Positions 11,200-22,713 of a stretch of 64,000 nucleotides of DNA are shown here, piece after piece (the stretch's first letter is position 1; the number at the start of each line of letters is the position of its first letter). The notes beneath the pieces are model-generated. The model did not search any database. It was not told the DNA's origin and saw nothing but the letters and a program-made list of their open reading frames with translations. The position numbers and the translations under genes were made by a program. Source of the DNA: Histomonas meleagridis 2922-C6/04-290x (lineage: Eukaryota > Protista > Parabasalia); NCBI GenBank assembly GCA_020184695.1, contig JAANOX010000258.1, forward strand, positions 1-64,000. The letters run 5' to 3'.

Positions 11200-12180
11200 A
11201 AAAAGACGAATTCTTCATTGATATTTCAGATGATGCCTCAGTTCAAGATCCTCTTGATAATACAGAAAATATAACATCGAATTCAGAAGATATTTCAAAT
11301 AGTTTGATTCAAATTACGTTAAAAAACATAATCAATTCGGATTTAAATTCTTCAAGAAGCACCAAAGCAAGCCAATCCACATTTAGCGCGAGTTCGGAAA
11401 AAAATTGAAATGTTCCAGATTTTCATTCATATCAACCTCAAAAAGCCCAAGTATCTTTATTCCACTTAATTCTATTAAGCCATCCATAAATTCTATCATC
11501 AAGGTTTTGCTTGATGATATTGATGATTTTTTATCAGATAACAGACGTCCAAACATGAATTCCATCAATGAACTTTGCAATCTCATTTCCAATTAAAAAA
11601 ACGTTATACGTTACATTCGTCGGAACTTTGTTCTCAAAGAACATCAATCGCTGTTCCAAAATCATCACATCTATACAACATTCAAACATGCGAACAGTTT
11701 CTTAAACTCCTTGATAAATATTGCCGGGATAAAGCTGTACCAAACGTTGATCTTGATAAATTTTTTCTCAATTTTCTTCAGCCATTTCCTCATCTCACTA
11801 AAGTCGAGAAAGAAATTTCACTTCTTTCCAAGGTCTAAAGACAATATGTCCAAGTCCACATTCCACGCAATGATTGAGTATGCATAATCACATCAATGAA
11901 GCATCTTTCAGGCCGAGTAATTCATTGATTTCTTGAAGAAATGACATGCCCTGATGCCGAAGTCATTATCAAAGCCATCTGTGAATCATCACCGAAAATG
12001 TATACAAGAGTGCACATTATATTCGAAAGGTCTTGGCAATTATATTTGTTCCTCGAAAGGTCTTGGCAATTATATTTGTTCCCCGAAAGGTCCTTTTTCT
12101 TCTGTTCACAAGTTAAAGTTACCAAAAGTATTCGATTTGACTCCACGTGTTTTTGGTCCGCCTTATTTCCCTTCTGAGTA
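11200..12180 (+). pseudogene. Degraded coding relic with several stops and frameshifts
   Basis: Overlapping short ORFs in changing frames with coding-like composition; no intact long ORF. Confidence 0.4.
12024..12092. repeat. 30-nt tandem duplication (2.3 copies)
   Basis: cgaaaggtcttggcaattatatttgttcct occurs at 12024 and (1 mismatch) at 12054, with a partial third copy at 12084. Confidence 0.9.
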
Positions 12181-12258
12181 AAAGACTTTTCTTGTCTATC
12201 GTTATTATCGTCTTAGTATACCCCAAAAAAAACGTTTTTTGAATAACACAGTCATCAA

Positions 12259-12690
12259 ATGGTAACACCAATTCCTCTTGAAGTATTCTACTCAACATCA
12301 CTGGACATTGATCACCCCGATACAAATGTTATTGATAACGATGAAACAACATTTTGGACAACAACAGGTCTATATCCCCAAGAAATTGCATTTAAGTTTA
12401 CAAAACCAGCTCAAATAACTCGAATAACAACAGTTACAGGCAAAGTAAAAAGCTTTGTTGTTTATGCTGCGACAAATAAAGATTTAACTGAATGGGCAAA
12501 AATCGATTCAACCAATCTCCCTGCAAATCCCATTAAGCAACCAGAAACGCACCAACTTAACTACCAACGTACAGCCTATGGAGTAAAGGTTGTTATCACA
12601 AAGGGTTGGGATCAATTCTCAGCACTTTATATGGTACGAGTTGAAGGCCCAATTGTTCAAGAAGAAGAAGAAGAAAAAGAAAATAAATAA
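12259..12690 (+). CDS. IFT25: Intraflagellar transport protein 25 (HSPB11)
   Basis: HPDTNVIDNDETTFWTTTGLYPQEIAF...GWDQFSALYMVRVEG fits the IFT25 galactose-binding-like fold; 143 aa. Confidence 0.85.
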   Translation: MVTPIPLEVFYSTSLDIDHPDTNVIDNDETTFWTTTGLYPQEIAFKFTKPAQITRITTVTGKVKSFVVYAATNKDLTEWAKIDSTNLPANPIKQPETHQLNYQRTAYGVKVVITKGWDQFSALYMVRVEGPIVQEEEEEKENK

Positions 12691-12879
12691 AAATCATTGT
12701 AATCATTTTTAATATCTCTAAGCGCTTGGAGCAAAGGCAAAACTTTTATATGATATCGTTTAAATTAATTAATTGAAATTAGACAATTGATTTCATATTT
12801 CAACTAGTTCGAAGCAGCAAAACAAAAACATATAATGATACAAAACAAATTTTATTATAAACAAACAAAAATAAACGTT

Positions 12880-15153
12880 TTATATTTCATTATCTTCTTC
12901 ATCTGATATTTCGATTTCTTTGCTATCTGTTGCAAATGAAATAATTGTTGACACTTTAACATTTTCTTCTTCTTCATCACTTTCCGTTGCGAACTCATCG
13001 AATTTCATTGCGTTTTCATTTTCGTTCAATTCGAGGGGAACAATTTTATTTTCGTTTTCGTTTTCATTTTCATTATTCACAATTTCTTCGATTTTTAGAC
13101 TTTTCTCTTGTTGCTTCTTCTTGTTCCGCACATACAAAAACGGATCATCGGAGAACGCAATTGATTCCGAAGAGTTAATTTCGCTACTGAACATATCAAC
13201 GATTTCGACTTCATCATCGAATGGTTTTGCGTTCTTAAATCTTTGGTTAAATGGAATTCGCTTTGATGAAATTTCATTAATTTCGTTTTTGTTATTATTT
13301 ATATTCGAATTCGTTTGAGTTGAAGTTAATGTTTCAGTAATTTGTGGAAAATGAATTTGTTTCTCTTTAAATAATTCGTTTCGAATGTTATTTTCGTTGG
13401 GAACTTTTGTTGATATATATTTTCGGAGTTTTTCGTTTGCGATGTTATATTCTTCTGTGTTTTGTTGAAGTTTCTTCTTAACATACGTTGAAGAAATAGG
13501 AACAGAACGTTGTTTCTTTAATTTCGCGTATTTCTCATTTACGTTATTTACAATTTCGTCTTTAAGTTCCAATTCTTTATCATGGAAATTGTCTAATTCG
13601 ATTTGATGATCATATAATTTATATGCACTTTGTACGACAGTGTCAATTTCATTCATGTTGTCGTTCGTTACATTTTCATTTTTAATGCTTTCATTCGGCA
13701 TTTGTTTCGTTGGTTTGTTGGCTTCTTCAGATGAATCGGAGTCATCGAGAAGAGTCAATATTTGGTTATGGCGCATTTCATTCTTCAGCGCTTCCGAAAC
13801 TATAATATCCGAATCTTTGTTATTATTAATAATTTTATCTGTTTTATTTACATTATTATTATTGTTGATTTTATCATTAGCTTTATCTACATTATTATTA
13901 ATATTGATTTTATCTGTTTTATTTACATTATTATCTGTTTCATTTAAGTTATTATCGAATTTGTTTATATTATATTTAGGTGCATTTATGTTTATGTTTT
14001 CGTTCGTCTGAAGTTTAATTGGTTCTTCGCTCGAATCATTTTTATTTAGTTTCAAAAACGGCGGCGGCGGAATTTCTTCGAAACGAACTCTTTGTCTTTT
14101 ATTTATATTTTTTTCATTTTTATTCATATTTTCGATTTCATTTTCGTTTATTATATTTTGATTCATTTCGACATTTTCATTTGATAATTTTTGTTGATTT
14201 TCTAATTCCATTTGTTTCGCATGTTTACTACATGACTCTTGTAACGCATAAACAGCATCATCAAGTTGATTTCTAATTTCTCTTCGAAAGTTTTGTTGCT
14301 TTTCGTCTTGAATTTTCGTTTGTTCGAAAAGTTGTTCTTGTTTTTTAAGTAACTCGTTCATTAATTGTTGCGTTTCATTCGAATGTGATACTATATGTGA
14401 AACATGTTTCGATTTGTTTTCATCTGTCGCATATTTCAACAGTTCCCGATTCGTTCGAGCGATTTCTTTACGTAATAATTCGATTTGATCAGTTATGTCG
14501 TCCATAAATTGTAATTCGCCACTTCGTAATGAGCGCCACGCAGGAACTAATGCGCTATGACGTCGTTGAACATGGCTATCAAGATATGTTATGTTCTTAA
14601 AGCGACGCCCGCAGATTACACACTTTTCAGTTGATTCGATGAAACGTTCTTTTTTCAAATTTGCTTCTTTGGAGCGTTTAATGGCCTCCATAAGGGAATG
14701 GATCTTGGTCTTGGCTGCTTGGATTGTCTTTTTATAAGACGATATGTCGCTTTGAAGTTGATCTTGACAATCTAATAGATATTGAATACCAATTTGTAAA
14801 AGATGAAAAAGTTTGGATGTAAGTGGATTGGGCATAAGTTGTGCTTCGGTTTGTGTGAATTTGGCTTTGACAAAGGTTTGAATTACAGAGGTGAGCGTAT
14901 CAATATCATTGGATTCTGATATGAGTTCTGGGTCACAGGATGCAATTAATGACCAATCAACACCATCAACTGGTGGTAGTGTGTTATTGGGTATTGGTGG
15001 AATAGGACGAAGTGGTGGTTCTGAAGCTCGAAAATCTGTTGGATCTTCTGATAACATTGGAATATGATGACTGCTTTGCGCTTGAAATGTAGGATTTGCA
15101 GGGAATCCATGTGGTGGAAGAAAAGGAGAAAAACTTCCTTGCATTTGATACAT
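12880..15153 (-). CDS. DZIP1/Iguana-like C2H2 zinc finger and coiled-coil ciliary protein
   Basis: Dzip-like N-terminal block (VDWSLIASCDPELI...KLFHLLQIGIQYLLDCQ), then a coiled coil and C2H2 CVICGRRFKNITYLDSHVQRRH, then an N-rich low-complexity tail. Confidence 0.75.
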   Translation of the reverse strand: MYQMQGSFSPFLPPHGFPANPTFQAQSSHHIPMLSEDPTDFRASEPPLRPIPPIPNNTLPPVDGVDWSLIASCDPELISESNDIDTLTSVIQTFVKAKFTQTEAQLMPNPLTSKLFHLLQIGIQYLLDCQDQLQSDISSYKKTIQAAKTKIHSLMEAIKRSKEANLKKERFIESTEKCVICGRRFKNITYLDSHVQRRHSALVPAWRSLRSGELQFMDDITDQIELLRKEIARTNRELLKYATDENKSKHVSHIVSHSNETQQLMNELLKKQEQLFEQTKIQDEKQQNFRREIRNQLDDAVYALQESCSKHAKQMELENQQKLSNENVEMNQNIINENEIENMNKNEKNINKRQRVRFEEIPPPPFLKLNKNDSSEEPIKLQTNENININAPKYNINKFDNNLNETDNNVNKTDKININNNVDKANDKINNNNNVNKTDKIINNNKDSDIIVSEALKNEMRHNQILTLLDDSDSSEEANKPTKQMPNESIKNENVTNDNMNEIDTVVQSAYKLYDHQIELDNFHDKELELKDEIVNNVNEKYAKLKKQRSVPISSTYVKKKLQQNTEEYNIANEKLRKYISTKVPNENNIRNELFKEKQIHFPQITETLTSTQTNSNINNNKNEINEISSKRIPFNQRFKNAKPFDDEVEIVDMFSSEINSSESIAFSDDPFLYVRNKKKQQEKSLKIEEIVNNENENENENKIVPLELNENENAMKFDEFATESDEEEENVKVSTIISFATDSKEIEISDEEDNEI

Positions 15154-15344
15154 TCCTTTTCTTCAACTAAAAATTTTAAACGTTCAATTAAAATTTTATT
15201 GATCTTCGGGCAAAATAGTAAATTAAACACAAATTCCAACCTATCTTCATAGTGAAAAAGCAATGGTTTTTTAAAGCAAATCTGGTTTTACAAACTAGTT
15301 TCAGGATCAGTATATAATTTTAAAAAAAAAATATTTTTTTGCTG

Positions 15345-16013
15345 ATGGAACTGTCACTTTTTTGCTTTATTCAAAAAGTGATATATCAGCTGAACACAGA
15401 AAAGAGGGTAAAAATTGTTGTAATTGGCAATGGTGGTGTTGGGAAAACAAGCCTCTTGTTTGTCCTCAATGGCAAACCATTTCCTATTAAATATATTCCA
15501 ACTATTTATGAATCATCGAAAATAATTTATGAAGATTTCTTTTTTTATCCTTGGGATACAGCAGGGCAAGATGAGTACGATCGCTTGCGACCACTTTCAT
15601 ATAGTGCAGCTAATATTATCCTACTTTGCTTTGAACTTGATTTAAAGGAGTCTTTTATTGATTTATCCAAAAAATGGATTCCAGAAATTAAAAGGTACGC
15701 CAAAGATGCTATTATTATTTTAATAGGAACTAAATCTGATTTATATATACCCGAGAATCCTAATCATGTTTCAGAGAATGAAGCTTTCATGTTTACAAAT
15801 CAACAAAAAATTTATTCTTTCATTCAGTGTTCTGCAAAAACAGGTGAAGGAATTAACAAAATATTACCGACAATCAAGCAAATCGTAACTTCAAGGAAAT
15901 ATAAAATTGATCGTTTTTTAAAACGTTCTTCATTCAAAAAGTCGATGATAATTCAATTGTTTATTTTAGTACTTTTTGTCTTCATATTTTATTTGTTCCG
16001 CAAAGAAAAATGA
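15345..16013 (+). CDS. Rho/Rac-family small GTPase with a C-terminal hydrophobic helix
   Basis: G1 GNGGVGKTS, effector region YIPTIYE, G3 WDTAGQDEYDRLRPLSY, G4 GTKSD, G5 CSAKT. The C-terminus is MIIQLFILVLFVFIFYLFRKEK. Confidence 0.88.
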   Translation: MELSLFCFIQKVIYQLNTEKRVKIVVIGNGGVGKTSLLFVLNGKPFPIKYIPTIYESSKIIYEDFFFYPWDTAGQDEYDRLRPLSYSAANIILLCFELDLKESFIDLSKKWIPEIKRYAKDAIIILIGTKSDLYIPENPNHVSENEAFMFTNQQKIYSFIQCSAKTGEGINKILPTIKQIVTSRKYKIDRFLKRSSFKKSMIIQLFILVLFVFIFYLFRKEK

Positions 16014-16570
16014 TCGCTGAGAAATTTAATGCCTGGTAATCATCTTCTTAGCAGGTGATCTCCTCTAAATTGGAAGATCTTGAGAGCGGATAATACTGAA
16101 TGAGTAAACTGAAGCCAAGAAGTCTTTTTTGTACTTTAATCGAATATTTTTCCAATTTTTTCCATTCTCATGGAGATAATAATGTACTGCTATAGATAGA
16201 AGCAGTACTTAAGGTAAATTTATTTAAAAATTGAAATATCTTTCTTTTTTTGAAAAAATAATGAATTTTCATTATAACAACTCTAAATTTCCTATTTTTA
16301 ATAAAAAAAGGCATTTTTTTTTAAACTTTTCGATCGAATTTTATTTAAATTAATTATACTGATAAACTTAATTTAATGAAATTAGATATTTTTTATCACT
16401 TTATTTATTAAAAAATACCCATTTAGTAATACTTAAGATAATTTTGCAGGAATCTTGGAATGAAATGAAAACATGAAGAAATTTTAAACAAATTATAAAG
16501 TTTATTTAATAATATGATTTTAATTTTTTAAAAAAAATATATATATTAAATTATAAGTTTTATTAAGGAT

Positions 16571-18766
16571 TCATAATCCGTTGAAATAAACATTTTCTTC
16601 AATAGGTCTTTGAGCAGAAAACATAAACTGACTTCCAAAGAACGGAATATTAAGCAAATCATTTGGAGTTCTAAAAAACAAAAATAAAATCCTTCGTTAT
16701 CCTTTGCATCAATTATTATTCCTTCTATATTTTTTAGCATGTTTTCGGTTTCGAAATCATGATTTAAACAAGCAATATGAAGAGGAACCCAACCACAATT
16801 AGTTGCAGCATTAACATTAATTTCTTTTCGTTCTAACAGCATTTTAATAACGTCATGATTTTGATATTTCACAGCATTATGTAAAGGTGTCCAATGAAAA
16901 AACAAAAAATTCCAGCTTTATCTTTTAGATTTATATCAATACCATCAACAGAGAGAAGTAGTTTTACCACATCGATATTTCCTGATTTACAAGCCAAATG
17001 TAAAGCAGTCCAATTTCCATCATTCATTTCATTAATATTTAAATTAGGATTTGAAATAAACATTTTAACTATTTCACAATTTCCAATTTTAGCTGCTAAA
17101 TGAAGCGATGTCCAAAAAGAAATGATTAAATTCCAGATTTATTTTTAGAGTTTATATCAATTTTTTCTTGAGACAATAAAAACGAAATAATATCAACGTT
17201 TTGATATTGTGTAGCATAATGTAAAGGTGTCCAAAATATAAAAAAAGAAAATCCCATCAATGTCATGTGAGTTTATTTCATTAATACCTTTAGAGATTAA
17301 ATATTCCATAATTTCAACATTATTATTCTTTGCAGATGTATGCAAAAAAGTTTCGTCCGAAAGAGTTTTAGCATTTTTATCAATTGCTTCACTAGATAAA
17401 AGAAATTTAACAGTTTCAAATTGATTTTCTTTTATAGCTATATGAAGTGGTGCAGCACCGTAATCAGTTCTTGAATTTACAGTCACATTACCATTATTTA
17501 ACATAAGTTTAATAATTTTTATGTTTCCATTTTCAGCAGCATAATGAATTGCCATAAAAAATTAATATAAAAAATTCCTTTTTTATCACTTTCTCGAAGA
17601 TTTATCATTTCGTTTTTTAATAAAAGTTTAACTATTTCTTTATACCCATTTTTTGTAGCTATATGTAAAGCAGTTTGTTGATATGTATCATTCGTTTTAA
17701 TGTTAATAATAATATTTTTTAAATTAATTAATATTTTCATTGCATCAATAGAATTATATAAAGCAGAAATATGAATAGGCGCCTTACCACTTGAATCATA
17801 TTGATTAACATTTATACCCAAATTAACATATTTTAATATCATTTCAACATTATTTGATACAACACAATGATGAAAAATAGGAAAAGATTCATCATTATCA
17901 TTATTATCATTTATTATATTATTTTTAATAAGATCATTCCGATGAAATCTTACAGCTATTTTTAATGTATTTGAAAAATCACATTTTTTATTTTTACAGA
18001 TATTTATAATTTCTATATTACCACCAGCAATAGCGAATTGTGCTAAAGTTCTTTTATTTTCATCAACGCAATCTAAATTAGCATTATTTTCAAGTAAAAA
18101 TTTAAAACAATTTATGGATCCATAAAATGCAGAAAATTGAAGAATTGTTGGCCTCGAACGTAAAAAATGAGATCCGTTTTGTATTGTTGGCGTGATTCGA
18201 AGGTTTGGATCAATATTAATAGTATTAAATAATTGCTTAAATTCATCAACATTATCATCTATAATATATTGTTCGAATAATTCGGAATTTAAATTAATTG
18301 TGTTAATAGTTTCAAATGTTTTTAATGTTTTTTCATTTGTTATATATTTATTGATAATATCTTTAAATAAGGAATATGTTACTTGATCTTTAATATCAGT
18401 TTTGGAAATTGCTTTAAATGCTTCTTCTTCATTAAATATGCAATGTTTTAAACATTGATATAAAAAATATTTTTGTTCAATATTTAGAAAAGTTGAATTT
18501 GATAATGTCTTTCATAATATTTCTTTCGAGTTTGGAATTAATTTACACATATTAATGTATAAAGGTATTGATTTTGGACGATATTCTGCAGCAAATAAAA
18601 TGTTTTGAATTAAAGTTTTTGGATTGATGTTTTGGAATAATGAATTTTTAGTTTGTTCAAAAATATCGCTTGTTAAGTTGAATAATGTATTTTGTAGTGC
18701 TATTGTCTTTTCTCTTTCAGTTGTTAACTCAGAAGAGTTTGTTTTAAGTTCGGGTATTGTTTCCAT
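16571..18766 (-). CDS. DUF3447-type ankyrin repeat gene (gene C) with five single 17-19-nt inserts, one in-frame TGA (18512-18514) and one apparent 1-nt frameshift (~17200); possibly a pseudogene
   Basis: The frame from ATG 18766 continues past a lone TGA through ILQFSAFYGSINCFKFLL...AIAGGNIEII. Removing inserts 17559-17575, 17234-17252, 17115-17131, 16894-16910 and 16673-16689 gives DKKG-F-MAIH, DIDG-WTPLH, NKSG-WTSLH, DKAG-WTPLH and DNEG-RTP. Stop TGA at 16571-16573. Confidence 0.78.
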
Positions 18767-19026
18767 TTGTTTGTGATTTAAACGTATTTTCTTTACATAA
18801 AACCAATTCCATTAAAAATATGTAAAGACAATATTTTATTGGCTTCTTGAATTCATTGGCATCTGTTTTTAGAATAGCTGACTGATAAAAATGATTTTCT
18901 TTTGATTTTGTTTATCATCTTCAATAAGAAGCAAATATTAATTATTGCAAAAAATTAAAATCACAAGGAAGAAAAAACGCTCGTTGTTTAACAGTTCTTT
19001 TATGAAATATAATAATTTTATTGAAA

Positions 19027-19530
19027 TTATACAAGATAATCAAAATGTATTTTGTCAATAGGAATCCATTCTTGAGTTCCCTCTGGACGAACAAGTGAAT
19101 CCTCTGCGATTAAAACACGAAGTCGTGGTGCAAGTTTTTCATATGTATTTCCAGATGTTTCAACACCATTTTCTTTCAAATCCCATTTCATCTCTTGAAG
19201 TTGCCCAACTCTTCCTGCGCGAATTCCAGTCATTACCCAGTCTGTTTCAACAATTTCAATTTCACCTCTCACAAATAATTCCGAAACCCATTTTGCCATC
19301 TCATCAATAGGTTCATCGCTTTTGTCAATTCTCTTCATTGTGTCAACCACTTTTTCACCAGGAATCATTTTATCAAAAATAAAACCATAAAGTTCGAAAA
19401 AGCCATATTGTTCCAATTCAGGGTGGAAAGGAGGTTCAACAACGTCTTCCTCTTCGCGACCTCCTGGGAATAAAAAAGGCATCATCTGCTTGATGCGATT
19501 TGGTTCTTCGGCCATTTGCAAAGTGGTCAT
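19027..19530 (-). CDS. Hypothetical protein, 167 aa
   Basis: ATG-initiated ORF with higher GC than its flanks; no recognised domain. Confidence 0.7.
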   Translation of the reverse strand: MTTLQMAEEPNRIKQMMPFLFPGGREEEDVVEPPFHPELEQYGFFELYGFIFDKMIPGEKVVDTMKRIDKSDEPIDEMAKWVSELFVRGEIEIVETDWVMTGIRAGRVGQLQEMKWDLKENGVETSGNTYEKLAPRLRVLIAEDSLVRPEGTQEWIPIDKIHFDYLV

Positions 19531-20025
19531 ATCATTGTTGAACGTTAAATTTCAATCAATTGATTTTTATTTACAACACACAAATTTAAATTTAAAAATA
19601 TCGGTCTTGCTTTGAATAATGTATCTCCAAAAAATTAACTTATAATTTTTTTTGTTATTAAATAAATATTGTTTTTGTCGCGAACCATTTTCACATCGAT
19701 TTTAATTTGCTCAAATGATGCAAATGCTCTAATTCTACTCCAATAAAGCCATTTTTTGCAAAATATTTTTTTGAGAGCAAAATGATCGTACATACTTAAT
19801 GGGGCACCCTAAATCCTTAAATGAATTTTGTCAGAAGAAAACTTATTTCCTAATATATAACAATTTAACTTTCCATTAAAAGTAACTGATTTGCAAATTT
19901 TTTACATGAAATTCCACAATGATTTTGGTAATGTAAAAAGATATTCAAGAGTAAACCTCTAAATCAAAAAATGATGTTGAAATTAACTTATAAAAGTACA
20001 TTTTATTTGCTTAATCCTCAAAGGT

Positions 20026-22713
20026 TTAAGTTGTCTTAAATAGTTCCTTATGTGTCTTCATCATCTTTCTAAACTTCTGTAGGTAATCATTTCTATACAC
20101 TATTCTATTATCCTTCATCAAGTTTACCAAAGTTTTATACACCATTTGACAATCGATACATTTGTTCACAGTTTTCATGAACAACAATATATCATTTTGT
20201 TTTGCGTCAGCCTTAACTATTTTCCCCAACGCTTCTACGAAAGGCAGGAAGTGCATTGGTGTAATTTTCCTTAAAGTATCTTCGAATTTCTGCATATAAT
20301 TTTCTTGATGTACGAAGTTTTGCATTTCGAATTTACTTAATGTCAAAGAAGTTGCGAATAATTTCCAAGCTGATGATGATATTAAATCGGAATCTGATAT
20401 CATACAAATGAACAACAACTTCATAATTTCATTATCATTAATCAAAGAATTATTATTTAATTGTTTTGTAATTAATTGTATACTTTCTAATATAATATAT
20501 AAAGTTTTCGATTCAAATGATTCCTTAAACATATTACCAGTAATAATTAAAGTTCTATTTAGATAAGTTAAATCTTTCGATTGTCTCCGTAATAAAATTG
20601 GATTATTTAATGTTCGTATCATTAAATTATTTAATGAACTTAATAACAACGATTGTAACAAATTTGTTATATTATTATTTTGTGATAAATTCGGTATTAA
20701 TTCAATCATATAAAATATCGAATCAAGTGGTAAACTATAAACTTCAACTTTAATATTAAACAAAGAAGAAACAAAATTAATTAATGGCTCATTCAAGCAA
20801 TCGAACAACGCCTTACAATTTTCTCTTTTTTCCAACATTTTATATATAATCAAAGCATTTGTCTTATTATAAATAGTTAAAATAGTAATTGTATAAAACA
20901 TATTTAAATCTGCTTCTGATATTAACTTAAAAAGTTTAAATATCGATCGATTATTAGTATTAAAACACATGAAGAAACTTTCCAAATTTGTTATGTCAGA
21001 AGATAATAAATATAAAAATAATGTCGCTAAGAAAATAGGCTCTTTCTCTGATATCTTATACATCCAATTTACAAATAACATCGAGAATTCATTCGATAAC
21101 AAATTACTTAAACCTTCAGTAGAAGTCATATAATTTGTTTCGATGATATCTGAAATGACTTCATTACGTCGAATTAATTGAACTAATGTCTTCTTTAATA
21201 CTTTAGTCGTATATACGCCTGTAAGTGATTGATAAAATAATTCATACATCGGATCGTTCTCTTCTTTCGATAATTCATTAAACTTACCAACCATTGGATC
21301 ATATATACAATCAGAGACATGTGAAAAACGTATTAATATTCGAAGCGTTACATACATTGATGACGTATTCGATATTAACATTTTCGAAATCGTAGGATTC
21401 GTATCGAAGACATGGAACAAAAAGTAAAACATATACAATGAATAGAACGATGAACTTGATGAATATGCATAATTAAGTGCATGAATAATCTCGTTAAACG
21501 ATGGAAATGTCTTAAACTCAAAATTTGAGATAAAGCCATATTGACTGGCGGCGTTAAATGAATATGCAACCAACTTAAACACCCTCAAAATTGAATACGA
21601 CTTAGTATCGAGGCTATCGTTGCCATGTGATTGCATGGTCGATAACAAATTACCTGGATAAAATGGAAACGATATGTATGGAAATGTCATCTTATGTGGA
21701 GCGATAGGGGTCTGTTGGTTATAATCGGCGCGCTGTAAAGCTTTGAAAAGCTTCGAAATTACTTTGACCATCTTCTTTGAAAAAGTTTTCGGCTTCGCAA
21801 TTTTGACTTTCTTCTTGACAATCTTAGTCTTGACTTTGAAGGTTTTGCTCCTGTTCTTAACTTTGGTCTTCTTGAGTTTGAGTTTGCCACTTGATGGCCC
21901 GCGAATGAACTTTTGTCTGGAGCATGTCGACTCTAGATCTGGTTGATATATTGAATCATAATCATATTGAAATTCTGGTGGTAATGAATGGCCACTATTA
22001 GGATTAGGTTCGAGCTCAGGACAGTCCTTCTCTTTGAATTCGGAGGGATGATGTGGGATTAATGTGCAATTGGAACATATTTGTGTCCAATTATTAACTG
22101 CTTGAAGATAACTTTCATAGTCGTCGTAATATTCGGGGTCTGGCTCTGGTGGAATTAATGTGCTTTTGCCAAGGGAAATATGGTCTTTAATTGGGACATC
22201 TTTCTGGAATCGACCTTTTTCACCAAAAACACTACTTTCGTCAAACGGCTCCTTGTTAATGATAATGGCTTCGAGCTGGAGATGATTCTCAGGGCCTAAA
22301 TAACCTGTTGGAATTCGATATTTTAATTTTGGATTAATAAATGGCTTAAATGGATAATTCACAGTCGACCACACCGGAAGCGGAAGCGCTAATTTGCGCG
22401 CGGCGCGTTGAGTCTTTTCATACCATGAAATCGCTTTCTCTCTGTACTCGGAATAAGTCGAGAAATTTTGCGAAACTGGAAACATGGAGGAAACAGTGCT
22501 GATTTGTTCAATGGGCTCATATTTGAGATCAAGAATTTCGTGTGTTGGAGAGGCTGTAAACTCGAAAGACTTCGTTGTTCTAACAGAAATTGAATGAAAT
22601 TGAAAATTGTATACATTACATCCCAAAATTGCGATGATTTTGGGCCATTGAGGTGCCATAAAATGTTTGCTCTGAATTTTCTTGCGTTCTCTGAAACGAT
22701 GGAATTTTGACAT
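20026..22713 (-). CDS. Hypothetical protein, ~895 aa (Pro-rich N-half, basic linker, helical C-half)
   Basis: Long uninterrupted ORF, first ATG at 22713; no confident family. Confidence 0.75.
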   Translation of the reverse strand: MSKFHRFRERKKIQSKHFMAPQWPKIIAILGCNVYNFQFHSISVRTTKSFEFTASPTHEILDLKYEPIEQISTVSSMFPVSQNFSTYSEYREKAISWYEKTQRAARKLALPLPVWSTVNYPFKPFINPKLKYRIPTGYLGPENHLQLEAIIINKEPFDESSVFGEKGRFQKDVPIKDHISLGKSTLIPPEPDPEYYDDYESYLQAVNNWTQICSNCTLIPHHPSEFKEKDCPELEPNPNSGHSLPPEFQYDYDSIYQPDLESTCSRQKFIRGPSSGKLKLKKTKVKNRSKTFKVKTKIVKKKVKIAKPKTFSKKMVKVISKLFKALQRADYNQQTPIAPHKMTFPYISFPFYPGNLLSTMQSHGNDSLDTKSYSILRVFKLVAYSFNAASQYGFISNFEFKTFPSFNEIIHALNYAYSSSSSFYSLYMFYFLFHVFDTNPTISKMLISNTSSMYVTLRILIRFSHVSDCIYDPMVGKFNELSKEENDPMYELFYQSLTGVYTTKVLKKTLVQLIRRNEVISDIIETNYMTSTEGLSNLLSNEFSMLFVNWMYKISEKEPIFLATLFLYLLSSDITNLESFFMCFNTNNRSIFKLFKLISEADLNMFYTITILTIYNKTNALIIYKMLEKRENCKALFDCLNEPLINFVSSLFNIKVEVYSLPLDSIFYMIELIPNLSQNNNITNLLQSLLLSSLNNLMIRTLNNPILLRRQSKDLTYLNRTLIITGNMFKESFESKTLYIILESIQLITKQLNNNSLINDNEIMKLLFICMISDSDLISSSAWKLFATSLTLSKFEMQNFVHQENYMQKFEDTLRKITPMHFLPFVEALGKIVKADAKQNDILLFMKTVNKCIDCQMVYKTLVNLMKDNRIVYRNDYLQKFRKMMKTHKELFKTT

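Noticed and set aside
12920-14276. Antisense and alternative-frame ORFs over DZIP1-like, BspA, ubiquitin and VPS13 genes
   Set aside because: These are shadow ORFs caused by biased or low-complexity coding on the opposite strand.
16010-16125. Possible C/D-box snoRNA after the Rho gene (TGATCG...CTGA, short GATCT/AGATC stem)
   Set aside because: Box C is imperfect and I cannot verify a guide target; an Infernal or snoScan search would be needed.
18512-18514. Alternative genetic code (stop reassignment) to explain in-frame stops
   Set aside because: Conserved genes end normally at TAA (ubiquitin, RPS26) and TGA (ARF), and long genes such as VPS8-like and the large BspA contain no internal stops.
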